A stretch of DNA of 64,000 nt, from IMG/VR virus record IMGVR_UViG_3300028797_000100, positions 32,001-96,000 of that record; one strand, given 5' to 3'. This stretch comes from a virus. Taxonomy: Duplodnaviria > Caudoviricetes. The notes beneath the pieces were generated by a model. It was not told the DNA's origin and did not search any database. It was given only the letters and a program-made list of their open reading frames with translations. Each line of letters begins with the position of its first letter. The first letter of the stretch is position 1. Made by a program: the position numbers and the translations under genes. Positions 33,701 through 40,400 of this stretch are shown one piece after another.

Positions 33701-34763
33701 TTGATTCTACTACTAATGACCCTTCAGGCGTTCTCAACTTCTCATACTTATCATCATATACCAACTTATTCTCCATGATGTCATAATAATTGACAGCTGG
33801 GAATATGTTAGGTACTTCATGGAAGTATTTGAGTAAGTAGATGTCAACATTGACAGTCTTCATGTTGCCATTCGTAATCATGTTCATTGTATGATCTTGA
33901 ACATCATTGATTACGAAACCTGATGCATTGAAATAACCGAAGTTTGGTACAGTGTTGATGCTCTTATCATATGAAGTGTTATGAATGTTCACGAGACACT
34001 TCATACCATTTACTTCTTCCTTCTTGATATCAATATCAGTATAAGGGATGAAGCCTTTGGTAATATAAGATGTATTAATGGAACGGGTATACATCTTACA
34101 TCTGTCAAGCTTATACACAATGAAGTCAACTTCGTAATTTGGTTTCCAACCTATCTTGAATTTGAAACCATGATCATCTATTGCAACATAAGCATCGTTA
34201 GAAATGAAACCATTTGCAGAGCATACGATACAGAAATCAAGCACATCAGCAATTCTTGAATTATTGAATTCACTAATGCTGAGATATTTGTCATTTTCTG
34301 TTATATGCATTTCATGAATTCTTTGACGAATGAATTCATCTCTATGACCGAAATGCAACTGATTGAACGGAGCATCGATAATCTTATAATGTGTAAAACT
34401 CTCAGTTGCAACGTTCTTTTTATCAGCTAATGTCGTATGGAATATAACAGCATGTGTGTTTACCAGGTTCCTCGACATTGTATTTCTTAAAGAAGTACGA
34501 TATGCTTCACTGAGTGATTTATCGAGATCTTCAAATGTATAATTAGATCTACCCATGAGATCCAATAACATATCAAAACCTTTATTGTTACCTTGAACAA
34601 TGTCTGGTTGTTCGGCAATCAATTCCGATTCCATATCAACGAGCTTCTTAAATCTTTCAGTGAGATTATAATTCTTCATATCAATGAAAGATTCTTCTCT
34701 TCCTCGTTTACCGGTACGATATTGGTGTTGCCTGAAGAACCAGTTATTGAAATTCATTTTCAA
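27795..34763 (-). CDS. Very large virion structural protein (2322 aa; tail/baseplate candidate)
   Basis: Uninterrupted ORF, RBS GAAAGGAA, late-type promoter upstream; C-terminal PLSRDRYEFWVNGRY...LSPTSIQL; exact function not recognised. Confidence 0.6.
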   Translation of the reverse strand: MKMNFNNWFFRQHQYRTGKRGREESFIDMKNYNLTERFKKLVDMESELIAEQPDIVQGNNKGFDMLLDLMGRSNYTFEDLDKSLSEAYRTSLRNTMSRNLVNTHAVIFHTTLADKKNVATESFTHYKIIDAPFNQLHFGHRDEFIRQRIHEMHITENDKYLSISEFNNSRIADVLDFCIVCSANGFISNDAYVAIDDHGFKFKIGWKPNYEVDFIVYKLDRCKMYTRSINTSYITKGFIPYTDIDIKKEEVNGMKCLVNIHNTSYDKSINTVPNFGYFNASGFVINDVQDHTMNMITNGNMKTVNVDIYLLKYFHEVPNIFPAVNYYDIMENKLVYDDKYEKLRTPEGSLVVESTASSTNDLEICTPPITIDRDTSYTFDTITACLSLYKNLMKYKPLMNNIGRFTMGSTPDMVDYLNNIRPKLYEMFVDMSKMTQDYYRGAIITSLVPTAKINKFNKLADNISRFYYDVTHAEDIQTHTFDELYGNNFEITVTEICEPFLDDKLLPFSRAINIQTNFYEKEDASRFNRPIAEQSFITLKYSQEYNSWIFDYPKIRHFHGIGNTFYINEGLTGNEIFKFFVLYTDTEDPADPFIEHFDLDTVVDFDLFYDEMCKYNGCIRYWDAESRLAKISKMLYRNYSDETIIHVLSKILKRKIDGESIISVYPSDINYEDSNKTSDNVIEYTEDSDRGPFSINFLFYTLSLLNNNVDKLQAYFYRDLTKRKFSNRYADIDISSALSNVRYPISYSQYSISPARFPTDASLPAGRSALAYYGLPLLMNGSGIQHLYDPYRFVLNVYDPDIKFPLIDADGIHDEYYVQYSDITVYSGSVVSYKDTVEFCRLLTTYLDAIYDYISELQTNYKTTYNMSSIADRATEAINIIKEKILDLDYNGNIANITVDGLTTEDIINMIRQNAFVNELNSLKELCASIIYLPNETVTKSFISFVTARDDSLLGILKYVYYNFGFDNDVKERVRRLYIHLKKINTPMNPYQYKKWLHGIDLHILDTLDEHTAYNPNNTYSDQVFHDLYLKLVDYITAVDPVLDLLDSRIKNLSTAFYNSYINPYSRFCDKIYNDIIFDIFTYNTIDVPNLTSTTYNTKPFLLAIKIPDGTPHTLAPYGPSIAGDHHLFFKLNTSYDGTNYTISGLSSICEYIFFRGTDLTGLTAYVLSDAGTSIGTISDCSMSFIRAGSTADKGGEVNQIINTETTVLDFEDHHESFEVNNDGKVLNELPAPMNYEMLLGNHYTQLDHESEYILNPVTWNPGSVDRVFIENQTINRMSIADHGHKECSHMYFKPCQILHPSESVNGKYFEGETIYIKALNGSYVFPAIVTSVDHSMNKGFMEAEVDQWNATWLNVTNSTTVSTLLSGPIECEVIDDSIRNFIDEYSDTSLNSYYEPIWDTTVMDVDHINCYTLPGDPLTVTSDAPYVYSRLKWMFNEDIDNRFIDEESKTSRFIYVGEGFVANDQDTLQMNMINHNFNVKSLPEQYPVLKFEPNEHLIWRKEVETFTSIRDQALAAVRDDDIELSKMDFRLKNDPTLDPNTHRYEYTRFIIRMAEVRDRKNVNKKLVERMNQMIYQLEGKTTWFNVISNDAALIYIDNGSADKFSPTFIPKIGDLLYTDDLEVYLYDWEHKLWIDPSTYSVSYNVENGVKIDECDDYTTDRVMTSITITPSNGFSYSNKILVYFAYDKSDVFDDVLMNTNTCEVKFKPLLVLDKEDAHTDPYYDIRIRKQFDGYEKYSTTSTDAGEITIKRIRRSGKYTDAPVFRLCDVTVEYGGITHTYHDINKFKVKSPFTGLTTQRQFHQHQYSTRITAPIDSFTENEHVKLICISNNDLSMYDGNISSIMFEGVTSYSDSAQVITITDSTLPNYTEGQFVCTVFKDDMYDSCGGVVVVTVTIDSEDIYDDWVTVPADYALYREIPEEFMLIMNDAPQNTDVNVTLEIKYAKDVPDTIMEDNSDVHNPFEYYYDSRNQTRLPISDVKRNAHDRRLVIDQTQNEDVKVVKSTYISICRYSLAKIPQNGVIDMTGYLPTPLSRDRYEFWVNGRYVTDPKDLLILSPTSIQLRNMKSLKNFECIELVDDVDSDNDLMHKGNVYIDINGNTYSNFKLAVLSNTNINKQQVAYIFNANNHEKINDYYRNITDDPNNYDLEEDILSTVTFDTSNTDFNKLTNIPTINGISLFHPKLAGLGIAEIDNIDIIKLYDKIWRREAATDPLFFNTHRMESDVTNKAAGLVIHVKQIDEEHWHGLDIDTTGMYAIHVTGPSKRYFSLYVSRAEDGAIDDISNTKKIIPFMSTSVYILLDQSYHGMWLHSTYPNTDPIHII

Positions 34764-34808
34764 AATTGATCATTCCTTTCTATAATATGATCATATTCAT
34801 CGTGAACA

Positions 34809-34823
34809 CTTACCTTGGCGTTT
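34809..34823 (-). promoter_or_regulatory. Putative late promoter AAAC-N7-TAAG
   Basis: AAACGCCAAGGTAAG. Confidence 0.6.
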
Positions 34824-34869
34824 TGTTTTTATACAAAAAACTATTTCTATTTTTCTTAATCCTGAGATA

Positions 34870-34879
34870 TATATTTTTA
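34870..34879 (+). promoter_or_regulatory. Putative early promoter of the RAMP gene
   Basis: TATATTTTTA, a 1-mismatch copy of the TATATTATTA motif. Confidence 0.45.
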
Positions 34880-34942
34880 TTATGTTAAAGAGAATTTAAA
34901 ATCATTCACTTTAACAAAATTTAATCAAAGGAGGCCATAATC

Positions 34943-35839
34943 ATGGCACGTATTAAGAAAACTGCTGAGACAGAGGCAGGTAAAACAACACTGTCAGCAA
35001 CCGGAAAGAAGAACTCTTATGATGTAACAATGTGGTTTATTCAGCCACTCTTGGGTTCAGCTCCTTCTGACCCTAACATCTATAAAACCTTTATTGCGTC
35101 AAAGGCTCCTGATGCTCCTACCAGGGAAGAGGAACTTATGACGACAACGGTTGAAAACGTTGCTTCAAGAGGTACAAACGTTTTCCTCAGAAGAAGCAAA
35201 ACCGGTAATCCCACAATCGCTCAGCACGCTCTCAAGGGCTTCTTAAAAGAAAGAGGTACTCAGGAGAACAGAGTTATTGATGGTATATCGATTACCAATC
35301 ATAAGACAAAGATTGTTGGTAACGTTGTTATCAAGCCGACATTCATCGATCTTAACATCCCAGAGGAATTAATCAGAGATACAACTGAAGAGACCTTCAA
35401 GAAAGAAGGATTTGGTTATAGCTCTGCTATTAGATTCCCTGCAGAGCCTGGCAGCAGATTCAGAAGAATCATGCTCCCAACATGTGATCGTCCCCTTCAG
35501 GCAGAAACTCCTCAGGGAAAGATAACATCAATTGCATCTAGTGAGATTGCACCTGCAGGCACATCTATCAATTTCCAGATGGAAGTAGATCAGCTGGCTC
35601 CAACTAAGAAGGATCCTGGTCAGATTGATGAGAGATTAATATCACTCTTTATGACAGGACACCGTCATGGCACAGGTCAGTGGAGAGGCTCTGGAGAATA
35701 TGGAGCTTTCGTTACTGAAGTACGTGATGAAGAAGGAAAGCTCATTTATGAGAACACCACTGAAGTTCTCGGTTGTAATTCCGATGACGCAGACTTCTAT
35801 CAGAAGCTCTGCGACTATATCGATGACAATTGCCTCTAA
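34943..35839 (+). CDS. Stand-alone Cas7/RAMP-fold protein (Vipr-like effector of a putative RNA-guided system)
   Basis: RBS AAGGAGG. RAMP hallmarks in order: YDVTMWFIQPLLGSAP (beta1), GNPTIAQHALKGFLKE (cf. GxPxIPGSSLKGxLR), SEIAPAGTSINFQMEV, and Gly-rich loop GHRHGTGQWRGSGEYGAF. Confidence 0.8.
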   Translation: MARIKKTAETEAGKTTLSATGKKNSYDVTMWFIQPLLGSAPSDPNIYKTFIASKAPDAPTREEELMTTTVENVASRGTNVFLRRSKTGNPTIAQHALKGFLKERGTQENRVIDGISITNHKTKIVGNVVIKPTFIDLNIPEELIRDTTEETFKKEGFGYSSAIRFPAEPGSRFRRIMLPTCDRPLQAETPQGKITSIASSEIAPAGTSINFQMEVDQLAPTKKDPGQIDERLISLFMTGHRHGTGQWRGSGEYGAFVTEVRDEEGKLIYENTTEVLGCNSDDADFYQKLCDYIDDNCL

Positions 35840-35845
35840 TAATAT

Positions 35846-35880
35846 GGGCGGCCCAGTGCCGCCCTTTACTTTAATTTTTT
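35846..35880 (+). terminator. Hairpin/terminator after the RAMP gene
   Basis: GGGCGGC-CCAGT-GCCGCCC followed by a T-rich tail. Confidence 0.6.
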
Positions 35881-35898
35881 GATAGGAGGTAATTGAAG

Positions 35899-36366
35899 AT
35901 GAAAGATGATAGTAAATTTGGTATAGAATTCACTACCAAGGCAAATGAGAGTTTAGAAACAGCTATAGATATACTCTCAAATTTATCACAGTCCGCTATA
36001 ATGGATTTAAGAGATGAGAACCCCAGGTTCAATAAGAACGTTGAGGAACTCACTCAATTAATTTCCGGCAGTCCGGACAAGTTATGGGCACAACATCCGG
36101 AGTATTCATTCATCACATGTTCGAAGAATGGTGACATCAAGTTATCACCTAATGCGAATTGTGAGATAAGATACAATGACAATGTACCATTCTTGCATTA
36201 TCTGAGATCCCGCAAACCTGATGTGTTAGGAGCAATCATAATACTTCAGTGTTTTGTTGAATGCCCCGGCTCTTTAAGTGAATATACTGTTCACTATAAA
36301 GATGGTAATCCAACAAATTTAAAGTTTGCCAATCTTGGATGGGCAAGAAAGTACGTCGGAAGATAA
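35899..36366 (+). CDS. Hypothetical protein between the RAMP gene and the array
   Basis: ATG 35899 lies 9 nt after GGAGG; 155 aa; no recognised family. Confidence 0.7.
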   Translation: MKDDSKFGIEFTTKANESLETAIDILSNLSQSAIMDLRDENPRFNKNVEELTQLISGSPDKLWAQHPEYSFITCSKNGDIKLSPNANCEIRYNDNVPFLHYLRSRKPDVLGAIIILQCFVECPGSLSEYTVHYKDGNPTNLKFANLGWARKYVGR

Positions 36367-36371
36367 GCTCT

Positions 36372-36424
36372 CGTGGAGCTCTAAACCACGCGTTGTCTCC
36401 AACTTATAAAGTTGATGTGAGACA
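36372..36424 (+). other. Structured leader of the array
   Basis: Hairpins CGTGG..CCACG (36372-36390) and TGTCTC/CAACTT-ATA-AAGTTG/GAGACA (36394-36424). Confidence 0.6.
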
Positions 36425-37450
36425 TAAAGTTTAGTTTTGGTTTTGTCTGGTGAAGTTCAGGTAAGGTGGAGTCGTGTAAGATGCCGATTCGTGGCGGTCT
36501 TGTTTGGTTCTATGTGATTTAGGCTAGTGAGGGTTTCGTGATCTGTTACTTTGGATATTCTGTGAGGGTGCGGTGCGGTTACGTCGTGTCCGGTAGGGTT
36601 TGTTCCTGTTTCGTTTTGTGCTGGTGACGCGGGGAGATGTTTGGAAGTGTGACGTAGCGGTTTTGCATTATACCGAAGACGCAGTTATGAATATTAATGT
36701 GTAGGCATAGTTCTAGTAGGTCATGTAATGTGTAATAACGCTGAGGCAGTGTCTTGCAGGGGCCGGTCAGGTAAGGTAGCGTATCACAGTGTACTGGTGT
36801 AGTTTTGTGTGCTGGGATCTGGAATTGTGCTGGTTATGTATCGTGAAATGGAGCTGGGTTCTTTTAGGTTGCGTCATGGTCCGGCATCGTGCGGTGCGGA
36901 AGAGTACTGCGCAGTTTTGTGTGGTTGCGGTGGTGTTATCTCCGGTATGACGATGTTTGGTCTGGCCGGGTGGCGGTACAGCATTGTATTGTACGGGTCA
37001 GTGGTGGGCTGTGCCGAGCTGTGTAGGTTTGGTAAGGCTCGGATCGGCATGATGTCGTCATGGTACTGTATGGTTAGGTTTCAGCATTGTTTTGGTGCAG
37101 CACAGTACGGTGAGATGTAGTTTCGTCTAGGTTGAGTGAGGGATGGATGTGTAATGGCTCGTTGAGTATCGGTGCAGCTAGGTAACGTGTTGAACTGATG
37201 CGTATTGTTTAGTACGGGTTGGGCTAGGTCAGGATCAGAGAGGTCAGGTTAGGTTCTGGTGATGTGTCGTTTGGTATGGCAATGTTTCGCATAGCAACGG
37301 TGTTGCTCGGTACAGTACCGTCACATAGTGCCTGGTTCAGGTAAGGCGAAGTTGGGCTTTGAAGTGCGAAGTGTTGGTGGAGCCTGGTAGGGTCTAATCA
37401 TGTCAAGTGATGGTAGGGGCCGGTCAGGTAACATAGCGATCGCAGTGTAC
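36421..37450 (+). ncRNA. Periodic non-coding array (NNNGY)n punctuated by NNNGGY; putative guide-RNA array
   Basis: About 200 five-nt units, e.g. from 37261: gatgt gtcgt ttggt atggc aatgt ttcgc atagc aacggt gttgc tcggt acagt accgt. G/T-rich against an AT-rich genome; no credible ORF; ends at a terminator. Confidence 0.8.
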
Positions 37451-37461
37451 CAAAAGAATAT

Positions 37462-37494
37462 TCCGGGGCATAATGCCCCGGATATTTTTTTTTT
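37462..37494. terminator. Terminator closing the array and the convergent RNAP gene
   Basis: TCCGGGGCA-TAA-TGCCCCGGA plus T run. Confidence 0.85.
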
Positions 37495-40400
37495 ATTTTC
37501 CTTCCCAAATTTGACGCATCTTACGTTTAAGATTTACTAAAACCTTATTACCAGATGCGGTAACTACAAGTGAAGGTATCATACGTTTGAGGATACCTGA
37601 GTTAGATACAAATAATGATATCTCTTCATTAGGATCTGATTCAGCATATGGTTCAAGTCCTTCTGGAATAACTTCCGAAAGAACCTGTTTTGATGCACCA
37701 TACATTGCAAGCTTATCACCAACTGATGCTTCGTCTTCATGTTCGATGTATATTTCTATGAGTACATCACATGTTCTACCCTTGATAGTTGTACCCTTCA
37801 AAGGAGCAGTTGGTAATGTATATAATGTATCCAGTTTGTATACTGAATCTGTTTTGTCATACTTATCAAGAATCTTCTTTCTCTGTATATTCTTCTTGAA
37901 GTAATCATCGAGAAGTTTATACAATGATGGAGAAAGTTTATCCATGCTCTTGGTAGTGTACATTCTTACATCAAATACTCTACCAGGATTCTTTGCACGT
38001 ACAACTCTCTTCGCATTATCCAAAACAGAATTACTTTCTTTATTCTGGAATGCCTTAAGGAAGTTATCAACAGATTTATCACCAGTATCACCAATACCGA
38101 ATACGATTAATGGATCACCGATTTCAACTTCATCTCCAACCTTAACAACTGACTCGATATCATCAAGTGCTTCGATTGGAACTGATTGCATCATTGAAAG
38201 TGATGTACCAAGTTTCTTGGACATCTTATGTGTTATCAATCCAGCGTCTTCATATGTTGAGTAGATGTTTGCGAATACACATTTAGCCAGAGGACCAACG
38301 TTCATTCTTACAACACCATCGATACCCTTAGTGAAGAACTTTTCATGATATGCGATAACATCACCCTTCTTGAATTTGTCATTTACTTCAAGATTAGTAA
38401 CGAGATGGTTATCAACATAGAAACCAGAACCGGAGTTGAATGATGGTTTATGTGCAAGGTTTACAGCCTTCTTCTTTCCTGACTTGAATTGAAGAATCAT
38501 GTAATCTTCATTCTTGTCTATAACAGAACCATCCTCGGGAGCAACATAAGAGAATTCTTCAGTAAGGTTTGAAGAAACAATCTCATCAACACCATTTGAA
38601 ATCAATACAGGCTCGGCTGCAATAGTAGGAACGATATGAGATGTCTGAGATGTTGCAATAGCAGTTCTGATGGCATCGTCACGTGTAACTGTACCAGGAG
38701 TAAGCAACTCGGAGAACGATGCTAACTGAAGATCATTGAAGTCTGTTTCAGGACCAGCTGTGGATGTATAACCACGAACTGATTCTATCTTAGGATCTGC
38801 AACCAACTGACGATTGATACCTACATTCGCATTGTTTGGAGATGACAGAGCCATCTTACCAATCATTGTGTTTTCATAGTTACGTTTGTCAACTGTATAT
38901 GCACGATCATCGTTAACTCCTTTGAATCCTTTCTTGGTGATGTTTTCACGCATATGAAGTTCTACCATAGGATTCAATGCAGACATAGGTTCAACATTAG
39001 GAACTGCCAAGAGTTCATTGATAACTTCATTTGGATTGAATGCTATTGCATTTCCTCTAGCCTTAGAACCAACGTTGTTGTTGTATTTCGATATAGCAAA
39101 TGCCAATCTATAATGTATGATAGCAGGAATGATCTCAGATGATCTGATACGATATAAAGAAGCATTATTCTCTGATGTATGGTTATTGTCTGCCAACAGA
39201 TTTGATGCATATATCAGCATACCAGCAATGTCGTTTGGTATATGATAATGGTCACATACATCCGCTGTTATAGGATCAACAAAGAACTTGTAATATGTGA
39301 TGAATGTCGTAAGCTGTGAATACTGTTTGAAGAATAGATTATTGTATATATCAACATAGATGGAGTTCGAATTCATTATAGGAGTTTCAAACTCTGCAAA
39401 GTTGTAGTTCTTTGTGTTGATACGATAGAAACCATTGAACAGTAATTGGTTTGGAACATTGTTCTCAATTGCGAGGATCTTGTCCTTGAAAGGTAATGTG
39501 AAGAAATGACTATCGTCGAAGTTTGATGCCACGAACTTATACTGAACACCACTCTTCTTGATGAGGGATGATATACCTTCCCATGCCGCAATAGTAACAC
39601 CAAGTGGTACAAGTACACCGATCTTGATTTGTGTATACATTGCAAGCTTACCAGGTTTCTGTTTCTTGTATTCCTGTTGGAGTTCAGGTGGTAAACTCTC
39701 AAGAATCAAATCAGTAATAGTATGACCATCACGTGTTAAACCTGTTTCAGTATTAACAACGATTGGTACTTGGTCATGCATACCACAACAGAACTCATTC
39801 TGTTGTACAGTAACAAAACCAAACTTTTTCTGACACTGAACTCTGTTGAAGTTTATCTCAAGAGCATTGGCTCTGTTGTTGAAATAAACCCACTTGCGAG
39901 CATACTCATCATACTCGATCGTAGATACAAAACGTGAGTTAGTATTAGATGAGTTACCAACACGGACAAACTTATTCTTACCAGTCTCAGCATCAGTCAA
40001 CTTATTGATTATCTTGATAACCATTGACAAGTCTACCAATGAACGAGTATCATATCTTTGACATGTAATCTTGTTATAGTTACTGGTAAGCATAACAGTT
40101 TTCTTGTTTATCTTTAATATCGGAATAGGGAAGTCTTGTTTACCGATATTATACCAGATACCGTTGTTGTAGAATCTACCATTGACGATCTTTGGTATAC
40201 GGATATTAATGATAGACTGACGGTCATTGCTCTTGTTCTTCAATGTAACCTTCCAGTTATTTACCAAACTCAATGGAGTTGACGCATCAGTTACATCTAC
40301 ATTTGTAACATAGAATCCGTCTGGTAATTTGGAGAAGTTCATGAATGTTGCAACGATATCTCTATCCAACAACTTATCTTCATATTCCTTAGCTATACGA

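Noticed and set aside
34843-34942. Self-target of the array in the RAMP promoter
   Set aside because: A manual gapped comparison of the first segments gave no convincing match; an exhaustive search was not possible
36809-37120. 103-aa ORF inside the periodic array
   Set aside because: No RBS. The Gly/Cys/Val-rich translation is a by-product of the G/T-rich period-5 pattern, which runs well beyond the ORF and is not a codon periodicity
36421-37450. Canonical CRISPR array or simple satellite
   Set aside because: There is no 23-47-nt direct repeat, and units differ at three of five positions, so it is neither repeat-spacer nor a homogenised tandem repeat
5410-37482. Identical CGGGGCATAATGCCCCG at 5414 and 37464 as mobile-element ends
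   Set aside because: Both sit directly after gene ends like the many other GGGG/CCCC hairpins, so they are best explained as a terminator family
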